This document shows positions 17,032 through 25,397 of a stretch of DNA of 64,000 bases, piece after piece (the first letter of the stretch is position 1; every line of letters starts with the position of its first letter). Position numbers and translations under genes: made by a program. The stretch is taken from the NCBI GenBank assembly GCA_017645785.1, contig JAGCNW010000030.1, positions 27,045 to 91,044 of the forward strand. Direction: 5' to 3'. This DNA is from Treponema sp. Its GTDB lineage: Bacteria > Spirochaetota > Spirochaetia > Treponematales > Treponemataceae. The notes below the pieces were generated by a model. The model was not told the DNA's origin and searched no databases. It saw nothing but the letters and a program-made list of their open reading frames with translations.

Positions 17032-17157
17032 ATGTTCAAGATTTGCCTTTTCGGAGCGAGATTGGCTAGGCGATTGGGCCTTTGGAAGTTGGACATTCGC
17101 CTTACAAGAGTTTGCGTGGATATGGCTATGGACGCCATTAGGAGGGCTAAGGTATGA
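17032..17157 (+). CDS. Small hypothetical protein (41 aa)
   Basis: Own translation. AGGAGG upstream. ATGA-coupled to the next ORF. Confidence 0.3.
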   Translation: MFKICLFGARLARRLGLWKLDIRLTRVCVDMAMDAIRRAKV

Positions 17158-17354
17158 GCGAGCTTGACATAGCCGTTTTGAAGCTTCGCTTGGCGATTGA
17201 CAAGGGCTTCACCTACGGCAAAATCGCCACCGCCGCCGAGCCTAAGAAGGGCGAGGCTAGAATGTATGTCGCGCTGAAGTCGGCCGACATTCGCAAGCAA
17301 AAACGAGAGCGCGACCTCGTGAGCCGCGCAAGGGGAAACCTATGGGAAAAATAA
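17154..17354 (+). CDS. Small hypothetical protein (66 aa)
   Basis: ORF track. Confidence 0.45.
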   Translation: MSELDIAVLKLRLAIDKGFTYGKIATAAEPKKGEARMYVALKSADIRKQKRERDLVSRARGNLWEK

Positions 17355-17524
17355 TCGACTTTCTTATGGCCCGCGACGGACTTTCCTACGAGGAGGCCGA
17401 GCGCGAGGCTAAGAGCGGATTGGCTTACATTGAGTGCGCCATTATGGACGGCGACTACACAGTCGCCGAGGAAGCGCTTGACGACGTTTTCGGTATGGAG
17501 CCGGAAAGCTTGAGCGCTTGGTAG
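17342..17524 (+). CDS. Small acidic hypothetical protein (60 aa)
   Basis: ORF track. Confidence 0.45.
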   Translation: MGKIIDFLMARDGLSYEEAEREAKSGLAYIECAIMDGDYTVAEEALDDVFGMEPESLSAW

Positions 17525-17559
17525 TTTTGGCCGCCTTGTTACAAAATGTATGCAATATG

Positions 17560-17589
17560 TTGACAAAATGTAACAAGACGCGCTAAGAT
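17560..17589 (+). promoter_or_regulatory. sigma70-like promoter TTGACA-18-TAAGAT
   Basis: Read directly. The spacer starts AAATGTAACA, and GTTACAaaATGTATGCA lies at 17538-17554. Confidence 0.5.
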
Positions 17590-17607
17590 GTTCACGGAAC
17601 AAGGGAA

Positions 17608-17922
17608 ATGACTATGGAAAAACAAACCACTTATCTTGAAGCCGTAAATTGGCTTCACAACGACCGCATTTTATGCAACGACATAGCGGAGAAGGACGCG
17701 AGCGTGTATGAAAATATGCGCTTTTCGCTTGACTGGGAAAAGGGCGAGGATATCTTTCAGTGGTATCTGACGGACTGCTCTACTAGCGATGTCGAGTATC
17801 TTGAAAGGCGCTTCGGCCTGCTTTTCACTTACTCGGACTTGCTCGGCTTGTATGTCCTATGCGTAGACCATTGGGGAACTTCTTGGGACTACGTGCCGTG
17901 CGTTGACAACGGCTCTAACTAA
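17608..17922 (+). CDS. Hypothetical protein (104 aa)
   Basis: ORF track. Confidence 0.55.
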   Translation: MTMEKQTTYLEAVNWLHNDRILCNDIAEKDASVYENMRFSLDWEKGEDIFQWYLTDCSTSDVEYLERRFGLLFTYSDLLGLYVLCVDHWGTSWDYVPCVDNGSN

Positions 17923-17961
17923 GGCGGCGGGGGCCTCTAAGCCCCGCAAGGAGAAACACTT

Positions 17962-18360
17962 ATGGAATTTGACAAAAGCAGAGTTTACACGGCGGCAAAC
18001 GCCGATGAGCTGAAAGAACGAAGCACCGTAATAGTGGCGGACTCTTTGTTTTCCCTCAAACTAAAAGTTGAAAAGGGCGCGTATTTTTCTAAACTTGAAA
18101 GAGTTTTGTCGGAAAACGAGGAATACAGGTTTCAGGTTGCAAGCGGAGAATGGCTTCTTGCCTATCTAGTTGAGCCGCCTAAAGAAAAAGTTCTTAAATG
18201 GACTGACTTGAATGTGGGCGACATCATAAGGACAAAAGACGGCTCCGAGACAGCTTTGGTTATCCGCATTAACAATGATTCCCCGGACGGACACATCAAC
18301 ATCGGCTATTGGCTGAAAGACAAAGACCTTGAAAAGTATTGGGAAAAGAAGGAGAACTAA
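17962..18360 (+). CDS. Hypothetical protein (132 aa)
   Basis: ORF track. A GC hairpin plus AAGGAGAAAC lies upstream. Confidence 0.55.
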   Translation: MEFDKSRVYTAANADELKERSTVIVADSLFSLKLKVEKGAYFSKLERVLSENEEYRFQVASGEWLLAYLVEPPKEKVLKWTDLNVGDIIRTKDGSETALVIRINNDSPDGHINIGYWLKDKDLEKYWEKKEN

Positions 18361-18362
18361 CT

Positions 18363-18620
18363 ATGGACTTTAGACTGTGGAAAGAAAAAATCAATGTCCT
18401 AGGACATTCGGTGAGCATAGATTTCTACTGCTCCAAACGATACGCCGTCGATGTGGATTGCTTGGATATTTACAAGGAGTTTATGTTCAAGCGGAACGCC
18501 GTGCGCTACGCCGTAAAATTGCTTTCTGAGCGCAAGGTGAAGCGCTCTGTATGCGTTAATGATTTGTGCTTGGAAAAGCACCAAAATCCAATTTTTAACG
18601 CCTATGTAGGCAATTTGTAA
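18363..18620 (+). CDS. Hypothetical protein (85 aa)
   Basis: Track frame. Start at the internal ATG after the upstream stop. Confidence 0.5.
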   Translation: MDFRLWKEKINVLGHSVSIDFYCSKRYAVDVDCLDIYKEFMFKRNAVRYAVKLLSERKVKRSVCVNDLCLEKHQNPIFNAYVGNL

Positions 18621-18636
18621 GCGAGGAGGACTAACT

Positions 18637-18996
18637 ATGGCGGTTAAATTCAATTTATTGCCAACCAAAGACGGCTCTTGCCAAGTGGAGCGCAAGGACG
18701 GCAGAAAGAAGGGCACTGTGTTAAAGTCGCTTCACGACTTAACCGAATTGGAATTGCCGGAATTGGAGCGCCTAAGAGATTTTCTTTGGGAGCATATTCG
18801 CACTTTTTCGACATACGGAAATTCACTAAAAGACAAGAAGATGAGACAAGCCACGCTTGTCATTTACAACAACGTAAGGGAGTTTCGTTTTGCCGTCAAT
18901 TTGGTGATTATGTTCAAGGAAAAGGAAGCCGAGCAGGATACGGTTGTCGTAAATGGCATAACTTACAAGCGCAAAACAATTTGGGTGGAGGCGTAA
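18637..18996 (+). CDS. Hypothetical protein (119 aa)
   Basis: ORF track. GAGGAGG upstream. Confidence 0.55.
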   Translation: MAVKFNLLPTKDGSCQVERKDGRKKGTVLKSLHDLTELELPELERLRDFLWEHIRTFSTYGNSLKDKKMRQATLVIYNNVREFRFAVNLVIMFKEKEAEQDTVVVNGITYKRKTIWVEA

Positions 18997-19167
18997 ATGC
19001 TAGTCGAGTTTTGGCATAGGGCGGGCGAGTTCGAGGAGTTTCCCAACTCGTTCTGGCATCGGGTGGCTATGATTGCTGACAAAGATGTGAAGTCAATCAT
19101 TGACACGGGGGACGGAGTTTGGCTCAAGAAGGACGGAGTGGCAGTCCAAAACGGCTTAATGGTCTGA
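18997..19167 (+). CDS. Small hypothetical protein (56 aa)
   Basis: Own translation: MLVEFWHRAGEFEEFPNSFWHRVAMIADKDV... Confidence 0.3.
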   Translation: MLVEFWHRAGEFEEFPNSFWHRVAMIADKDVKSIIDTGDGVWLKKDGVAVQNGLMV

Positions 19168-19268
19168 AATTTTTTTGGCGGCTATGTAACGGAATGTATG
19201 CAAAACGCAAACAAACGGTTACAAGCCGAAAGCGAAACCGCCCTAGCAAGGGCAAGGAGAAACCGGTT

Positions 19269-20849
19269 ATGCGTATAACCACATCAGATTGGTCGGTGTT
19301 CATCGACCATACTTTCACAAGCAACATTGGAAACTCGTTCCGTTTGGTAGGAACGGCCTATGTGTCGCCCGACGGCGATGTCGACGCAAGCGAAGTCCAC
19401 GCCTTGAAGGTGTCGGACGAGTTGGTGCCCGACTATCCGTTGGACACTAAGTTCCGCCTGCCCCACGGCGACGGAGTTATGCTCCCGCTCAAGGACATAG
19501 CGGAGCGCGAGGCGATGTTTATGTCGGGCCGCTTCCCCGATATGCGCCGTTGCGAAGTCACGGGCATAGCCTGCGAGGAAGGCGACACGGTTGTTCTTGA
19601 CAACGGAGCCGAAGTAATCGACTTGATAGCCGTTGACGCCTACGACGAGGACTCAATAACTCGCACGGTTCTTAAGGACGAGGCTTACGAGTGCGAGAAC
19701 TGCGGAACCGTCTACCTTCGCGGCGTCCACTGCGACGACTGCGAGTGCGTGGACATTCACGGAGATTGGCAGATGGAGGACGACTGCGAATGGCACGAAG
19801 ACCTTCGTGGTTACGACGACGGCTATGTTCTCTGCCGCGAATTTGAGCGCGAATGGCATTGGTGCGACAGGTGCGATGAATATGTCCACAACGACGATTG
19901 GAACTTCGACCAACACTGTTGCTGCGATTGTAGTTGCGACGGAGTGATTTTGAACTACCACGCCCACCATAGAACAACTCCGCGTTTCTTCGGCAAAAAA
20001 GGCGCCAAAGACTACATAGGCATTGAGCTGGAAATATCGGGTAATCCTAGCAGCGATTATCCGACCTGCCGTTACAACCAAGAGTTCGCAGAGGGGCTTG
20101 CCTCCAAAGCGGGCCTTGATGAGGACGAGATTTGGTTCGAGGAAGATTGCTCGATAGGCGACGGCTTCGAGATTATCTCCGCTCCGCACACGGTGGAGGA
20201 CTTCTTCGCCAAGTCCGACAAATGGGCGGCTATGCTCAAGGCTTGCTCCGACGCGGGCTTCAAGAGCCACGACGTTGGTTGTTGCGGCCTCCACGTCCAC
20301 GTCAACAGATTGATGTTTGGCAAGGACAAGAAGGCGCAGGATTTGGCGATAGGCAAAATCGTCAAGTTCTTCGACTTGCGTTGGGGCGAACTCGTGAAGG
20401 CCTCAAGGCGCCGCAGTTTCGGCTTCTGCGACAAGCCTAGCCTTTACGGAAGAAAATCCAAGGAAGGAACCCCCGCCTACAGCCGCGAAGATAGGACGAA
20501 GTGCAAGGCTGGCGACCCGCTCCGCAAGTGGGTTGACGCCGCCAAGCACGTTAGCGGACACGACTACGCCCTCAACAACGGCAACAGCGCCACGTTTGAG
20601 TTCCGCCTAGGTCGCGGAACGCTCAATCCGCTCTCATTCTTCGCTTGGATTGACTTGGTGGTGAACATCGCCAAGAACGCCAAGAAGGGCGACAAGAAGT
20701 TGGACGACGCGAAGGAATGGCTCAAGGGCATTAAGTTGACGACCGCCATCTACCTGTGGAAGCGCGGCTCATTTAAGAACGAGGTCGAGGCTTTGTTCCC
20801 CGAAGCCTCTTGGGTGGAGGACGCGACCGACCAATCGGACGCCGCGTAA
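19269..20849 (+). CDS. Amidoligase_2-family (glutamine-synthetase-fold COOH-NH2 ligase) protein with Cys-rich N-terminal region, paralog 1
   Basis: IGIELEISG, WFEEDCSIGDGFEIISAPHT, CGLHVHVNR, RRRSFGFC and ATFEFRLGRGTLN. The N-terminal half carries CENCG..CDDCEC..CDRCDEY..CCCDCSCDG. Start at ATG 19269 (AAGGAGAAAC upstream). Confidence 0.7.
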   Translation: MRITTSDWSVFIDHTFTSNIGNSFRLVGTAYVSPDGDVDASEVHALKVSDELVPDYPLDTKFRLPHGDGVMLPLKDIAEREAMFMSGRFPDMRRCEVTGIACEEGDTVVLDNGAEVIDLIAVDAYDEDSITRTVLKDEAYECENCGTVYLRGVHCDDCECVDIHGDWQMEDDCEWHEDLRGYDDGYVLCREFEREWHWCDRCDEYVHNDDWNFDQHCCCDCSCDGVILNYHAHHRTTPRFFGKKGAKDYIGIELEISGNPSSDYPTCRYNQEFAEGLASKAGLDEDEIWFEEDCSIGDGFEIISAPHTVEDFFAKSDKWAAMLKACSDAGFKSHDVGCCGLHVHVNRLMFGKDKKAQDLAIGKIVKFFDLRWGELVKASRRRSFGFCDKPSLYGRKSKEGTPAYSREDRTKCKAGDPLRKWVDAAKHVSGHDYALNNGNSATFEFRLGRGTLNPLSFFAWIDLVVNIAKNAKKGDKKLDDAKEWLKGIKLTTAIYLWKRGSFKNEVEALFPEASWVEDATDQSDAA

Positions 20850-20887
20850 CTGAAAACAGGGGCGGAAGCCTCTAAGGAGAATCAACT

Positions 20888-21313
20888 ATGGCAAAGCAGT
20901 TGTGGCATACGCGATTGAATAACATATATCGCAATATGAAAATGCGTTGCTACAATCCCAAAAACCCTGCGTATGAAAATTACGGCGGGCGAGGAATTGT
21001 TGTTTGCGACGAATGGAAAGAGAGGTATGCGGGTTACAAGCGCTTCAAAGAATGGGCGCTGTCTAACGGCTACCAAGAAGATTTGACCATTGACCGCATA
21101 AACAACGACAAAGGTTATTCTCCTGACAATTGTAAGTGGGTTTCAATGAAGGTTCAGCAAAGAAATAAGCGGAACACCTTCTTTGTAATATATAAAGGAA
21201 AAACTAAACCACTCATTCTGTGGTGTGAAGAACTTGGGCTGTCCTATAACAGAATTAGGGCTAGGCTTGAAGTATTAAAGTGGAGCGTAAAAAAAGCGCT
21301 CGAAACAAGATAA
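20888..21313 (+). CDS. Free-standing HNH-type homing endonuclease-like protein
   Basis: RLNNIYRNMKMRCYNPKNPAYENYGGRGIVVCDEW...IDRINNDKGYSPDNCKWV..QQRNKR, a pattern common in phage HNH endonucleases (memory). Confidence 0.65.
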   Translation: MAKQLWHTRLNNIYRNMKMRCYNPKNPAYENYGGRGIVVCDEWKERYAGYKRFKEWALSNGYQEDLTIDRINNDKGYSPDNCKWVSMKVQQRNKRNTFFVIYKGKTKPLILWCEELGLSYNRIRARLEVLKWSVKKALETR

Positions 21314-21332
21314 CACATAAGGAGGTATTATA

Positions 21333-22400
21333 ATGTGTGTTTTGTGCTACAAACCAAAAAACGTCGCTTTCCCTGAGGAAAGAATCTTGCAGAATTGTTT
21401 TGACAACAACCCCGACGGAGCGGGATTTATGTGGCCCGAAAACGGAAAGGTTCATATCCGCAAGGGTTTTGAAACCTACAAGGCGTTCAAGGACGCGCTT
21501 GATAGGGTTGTCAAGAGAGTCGGCGACAAGTTGCCGTATGTTATGCACTTCCGCATAGCGACGCAGGGATTTGAAACGGGTATGACCCACCCGTTCCCTC
21601 TCACTACGAGTATGGACACTATGAAGAAGCTGCGCAGCAAATGCTCAATCGGCATAGCCCATAACGGAGTGCTTAGCCTTACAAGCGATGGCGCTAAGGA
21701 CTACTCGGACACGATGAAATTCATCGCCGACTATCTTACGAACATAATCCGCAACTATTCTTGGCACAAGGACGAGCGGACTGTGAAACTCATCGAGAAC
21801 CTTATAAGCGGCTCGCGCTTGGCGATTATGGACAAGAACGGCTTTGTCAAGTTGCTAGGCAAGACTTGGACTGAGGACAAGGACTGCAAGTGTTGGTTCT
21901 CGAACAAAAGTTATTCCTACAAGAAGACCACCTACTATTGGGGGAGGTCCAGTAGCCTCTACGACGACGACTACTACGACGACGGCTATTACCTCAAGCC
22001 GACTGGGAAGGGTTCGCAGGGGTCTTCGCAGATTGGGTTCCAATCGCAGGCGACCGTAGCCGACGATTGGGCGATGTTCAAAAAGGCTGACGGCACTTAC
22101 GACTTCAACGAGTATTCCAACTGTCCGTTCGCGGAAGAGGACGACGACTCTTACTGCGCCAAGTGCGCCAACAAAGGGCAGTGCTCCTACTACCAAGCGG
22201 CTTTGGGAGAACTAGACGAGCAGGAAAGCAAGGCTGAAGGCAAGGTCGCCACAGCCGCCTCTCCAAAACTTCCTACGCCTAACGAGTGGTTGGCCAACCA
22301 TAAAACAATGTTCGGCAAAGAGCCAACATTTGAACAGTGGAAGAACGCAATCTTAGCTTACAAATGGACTCAAGCGGACATTAAGGCTTGCTTTCAATAA
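21333..22400 (+). CDS. Class-II (Ntn) glutamine amidotransferase-like protein / thiol peptidase-like
   Basis: Met-Cys N-terminus MCVLCYK, then NPDGAGFMW, HFRIATQG, HPFPL and GIAHNGVL. Carries a Tyr/Asp-rich, Cys-containing C-terminal extension. Confidence 0.7.
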   Translation: MCVLCYKPKNVAFPEERILQNCFDNNPDGAGFMWPENGKVHIRKGFETYKAFKDALDRVVKRVGDKLPYVMHFRIATQGFETGMTHPFPLTTSMDTMKKLRSKCSIGIAHNGVLSLTSDGAKDYSDTMKFIADYLTNIIRNYSWHKDERTVKLIENLISGSRLAIMDKNGFVKLLGKTWTEDKDCKCWFSNKSYSYKKTTYYWGRSSSLYDDDYYDDGYYLKPTGKGSQGSSQIGFQSQATVADDWAMFKKADGTYDFNEYSNCPFAEEDDDSYCAKCANKGQCSYYQAALGELDEQESKAEGKVATAASPKLPTPNEWLANHKTMFGKEPTFEQWKNAILAYKWTQADIKACFQ

Positions 22401-22433
22401 CAAACAGCCCCACAAGGGGCAAGGAGAAACTTT

Positions 22434-24071
22434 ATGCAAATAAGCATTAACTTCGCTGACAAGGACGGCAAGGATTGGAACATCGGCGGCGACGCCAAGG
22501 CGGAGCGCACCGACGGAGGCTATTGGGACATAGACCTTACGGGCGTGTCGATTAACGGCGAAAATTGGTCTGACGAGTTGGGCGAAACAATAGTTCCGCT
22601 CGGCAACAGTTCATTCCGCTTGGCTGACATAATTCTCTGCGAGGCAATCCACCTGTCCGAGCCAGACTTCGATATGACAGGCCGTTGCTCCTTGACGGGC
22701 TTATGCTTCCCCAAGAGCGACTTCGTTGAGTTGTTCAACGGCGCTAAGGCTTGGAGAGGCGCGGCGTTCCGCGACAGCGATGACGACCTTTACTACCCGT
22801 TGCCCGAGCGCGTGGAGTGCACCGACTACTCTGAGCACCACATCTCAAACGTCGAGAAGTGCGACGTGTGCGGCGGCTACTATCTCAAGGGCAGAAAATG
22901 CGAGAACTGCTACATCAAGATTTACGACGGGGAATGGATTAAGAAGTCCGAGGCTATCTCCGTGTCGATTGGCGCTATGAGAACCTACGACAAGGCGGAG
23001 AACAAGCCGAACTACCGCTACTGCGCATGTTGCGGACGCTTGGTTCCCGTGAGCGAGTGGCACGAGGACTTCCATACCTGCGACTACTGCGAAGGGGAGC
23101 AGATTTACCCCGAACACTCTGACGAAGACTACGACGACGAAGAAGGCGAGCGCGACGAGGACGCGGTTATTGCGGGCTACCACAACAATCCGTTGGGACG
23201 CAACCCCCACTTCTTCGGAACTTACGAGCGCGGCAAGTTCAAGGGAATCGGCGTTGAGTTGGAAGTCGGCGGAAATCCCCGCTCCCACGGAGAGCAGTGC
23301 CGCTACAACAACATTGTCGCCAAGAACATCTACAAGGAAAGCGGCTTGGTTTCCAACCAAGTTTGGTTCGAGCGCGACGGCTCGCTTGACGACGTTAACG
23401 GCTTTGAAATCATCACCGCTCCCCATACGGTCAAGGCCTTCTGGGACAACACTGAGAAGTGGGCGAGGATGTTGGATTGGCTCGCCAAGAACGGCTTCAA
23501 TAGCCACAACAACGGTCGTTGCGGATTGCACGTCCACGTCAGCCGCTTGATGTTCGGCGACAATGAAATCAAGCAGAACAACACGATTGCCAAACTGTTC
23601 GCCTTCTACGAGAAGAATTGGGAGGACTTGAAGTTGGCCTCGCGCCGCAAGAGCTTCAACTACTGCGAGTTGAACCGCAACAGGGGCGAGGGCTACGAAT
23701 ACAAGACTTCGCTCAAGGAATGGCGCGAACTCGCAAAGCGCAAGAGAAACGGCATAAGGGTGGACGGAAGTTCCTACACCCACGGCTTCGCCCTTAACAA
23801 CACGAACTACGCCACGGTCGAGTTCCGATTGGGACGAGGAACCTTGAACAAGGCTTCGTTCTTCGCTTGGATTGACCTTTGCGTAGTCCTTTCAAAGAAC
23901 GCCGTCCGCATAACCAACAAGGGCGCGGACGAGAACGATGTTTTGAACTGGCTCAAAGGTATTAAAAAAGAGTCCGCCAGATACTTGTATCGGCGCGGAG
24001 CGTTCAAGACTGCCTTGGAGTCTATGTTCCCCGACTTGTCGTGGGAGTATGACACACGCGACCAAGCGTAA
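22434..24071 (+). CDS. Amidoligase_2-family protein with Cys-rich N-terminal region, paralog 2
   Basis: IGVELEVGG, WFERDGSLDDVNGFEIITAPHT, CGLHVHVSR, RRKSFNYC and ATVEFRLGRGTLN. The N-terminal half carries CDVCGG..CENC..CACCG..CDYCEGE. Confidence 0.7.
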   Translation: MQISINFADKDGKDWNIGGDAKAERTDGGYWDIDLTGVSINGENWSDELGETIVPLGNSSFRLADIILCEAIHLSEPDFDMTGRCSLTGLCFPKSDFVELFNGAKAWRGAAFRDSDDDLYYPLPERVECTDYSEHHISNVEKCDVCGGYYLKGRKCENCYIKIYDGEWIKKSEAISVSIGAMRTYDKAENKPNYRYCACCGRLVPVSEWHEDFHTCDYCEGEQIYPEHSDEDYDDEEGERDEDAVIAGYHNNPLGRNPHFFGTYERGKFKGIGVELEVGGNPRSHGEQCRYNNIVAKNIYKESGLVSNQVWFERDGSLDDVNGFEIITAPHTVKAFWDNTEKWARMLDWLAKNGFNSHNNGRCGLHVHVSRLMFGDNEIKQNNTIAKLFAFYEKNWEDLKLASRRKSFNYCELNRNRGEGYEYKTSLKEWRELAKRKRNGIRVDGSSYTHGFALNNTNYATVEFRLGRGTLNKASFFAWIDLCVVLSKNAVRITNKGADENDVLNWLKGIKKESARYLYRRGAFKTALESMFPDLSWEYDTRDQA

Positions 24072-24128
24072 GTCTAGGAAACTAAAGCGGTTGGACGGCT
24101 CCGCCCAAAAGCCGTCAAGGAGAAAACT

Positions 24129-24722
24129 ATGGGTATGAATTTGGACGAGTTGAAGGCTGTCTGCGAAGCGCAGGTTGACATTGCCAAGCAGACGCAAAAG
24201 GAAATTGACGAGGCGAAGTCTTTGATTGCCAAGCGCGTAAGAGCGAACTTTGACAGTTACGTCAAGCCGTTGGCCAATCTTTACACATCGGTTTACTTAA
24301 TGGTGGATAAAGTTGCTTGCTTAAAGAGTTTTGACATTGTGGCGTTGGATGATACAGGGTGTTTTTTGGGTCGGAGTCAGAAACTCGGTTTTACAAGTAG
24401 CGGCTGTAGCACCTACGAATTGGCCACCGGTTTTTGCAACGACATTTTAAGTCACTCCGACGATACTGTTTGCCAACGTTTCAAATGCTATTCCGCCGCG
24501 GACGAAACGATGAAGTTGGCTGACAAACTCAGGTCGGAGATTACAAAAAGATTTGAGAAAATGGCTGATATCCTGAAAGAGGAAAACGAAAAATTGTCCG
24601 CCACGCTAAGCGAGTTGAAAGCTAGCCTTGAGCAATCGTCAACTGTCGAGCAGGTGTCGGAGAACACAGTAAGGGTTCAGATAGGCGGAAAGACCTACAT
24701 CGGAACGCTTGAAGAAAACTAG
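24129..24722 (+). CDS. Hypothetical coiled-coil protein (197 aa)
   Basis: ORF track. AAGGAGAAAAC upstream. Confidence 0.55.
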   Translation: MGMNLDELKAVCEAQVDIAKQTQKEIDEAKSLIAKRVRANFDSYVKPLANLYTSVYLMVDKVACLKSFDIVALDDTGCFLGRSQKLGFTSSGCSTYELATGFCNDILSHSDDTVCQRFKCYSAADETMKLADKLRSEITKRFEKMADILKEENEKLSATLSELKASLEQSSTVEQVSENTVRVQIGGKTYIGTLEEN

Positions 24723-24731
24723 GAGGCGCTT

Positions 24732-25043
24732 ATGTTCGTGGGTAAGGTGTGTTCCTACAGCGTGTCGCAATATGGCGGCCTGATATCCGTGAAGTTCACA
24801 ATGTTGGGCCGCGAGAACTGCTGCGAATCGCCACGCTTTGAGACATTCGAGAGTGTTTGCAGTCCTTCGCTAATCGAGTTGCTTGAGTCGGCGGACAACA
24901 ATAAATACTGCTATGTGTATAACAGGTTCGGCGACGGCGCTTAGGAGAACTTCGAGTGGTCGTCCTTAAAGGAGGAGTGGCGTCACTTCGGATACTGCGC
25001 TTCGTTCAAAAACGGAAAGGCTAGAGTGGCTTTCCCCCTCTAA
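24732..25043 (+). pseudogene. Member of the tandem ~110-aa paralog family carrying an in-frame TAG (24942-24944)
   Basis: The 70-aa track ORF is followed in frame by 32 codons ending CASFKNGKARVAFPL. This matches the C-terminus of the next paralog (AKFENGKAKVKF). The N-termini are also similar. Confidence 0.5.
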
Positions 25044-25052
25044 GGAGGTTAT

Positions 25053-25388
25053 ATGGAATCTTTCTTCGGATTATGCGTCGAGAGCAGTTACCGCACCTCC
25101 GCGGACGGCTTGTCTCGACTTGAGTTCAAGTTGTTCGGGCGGGAGTTTGTGGAAACTTGGACAATCTTCCACAAGTTTATGGTTTTGGGCGACCTAGCCG
25201 ACCTTTACGCCGACGAACTAATGGAAGCGCGCGAGAATGGTTGGTATGTTGGCTTTAACTTGAAATCCAACTTCATTTACACAGCGGACAAACAGTGCGT
25301 TAACACTTTTTGGTGGGTTCCTGAATTGGAGTCCGCTAAACAAAGTATCGCCAAGTTTGAAAACGGCAAGGCAAAGGTTAAGTTCTAA
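25053..25388 (+). CDS. Paralog-family protein (111 aa)
   Basis: ORF track. AAGGAGG upstream. Similar to 24732 and 26091 (GLSRLEFKLFGRE, ENGKAKVKF). Confidence 0.55.
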   Translation: MESFFGLCVESSYRTSADGLSRLEFKLFGREFVETWTIFHKFMVLGDLADLYADELMEARENGWYVGFNLKSNFIYTADKQCVNTFWWVPELESAKQSIAKFENGKAKVKF

Positions 25389-25397
25389 GGGGGTCGT

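Noticed and set aside
19119-19268. 50-codon 5' extension of amidoligase 1 (track start 19119). Similar 5' extensions occur at 30843, 31835, 40216, 45025, 56378 and 61234.
   Set aside because: The internal ATGs are preceded by strong AAGGAG-type SDs. The extensions overlap upstream genes, promoters or terminators.
22845-23783. 312-aa minus-strand ORF antisense to amidoligase paralog 2. Similar long antisense or alternate-frame ORFs: 19653-20300 (-), 10584-11255 (-), 9610-10284 (+), 58132-58824 (-), 35957-36520 (-), 38478-39047 (-), 45460-46074 (-), 61351-61902 (-).
   Set aside because: They lie entirely inside well-supported genes on the other strand or frame. They have no SD and show low-complexity or Val/Arg/Leu/Ser-rich composition, typical of shadow ORFs.
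24942-24944. Genome-wide reassignment of TAG (alternative genetic code).
   Set aside because: Many well-supported genes end in TAG followed directly by an SD and the next start (for example 16668-16670, 17020-17022, 24720-24722, 26409-26411). I saw no other family-conserved sequence continuing past a TAG.
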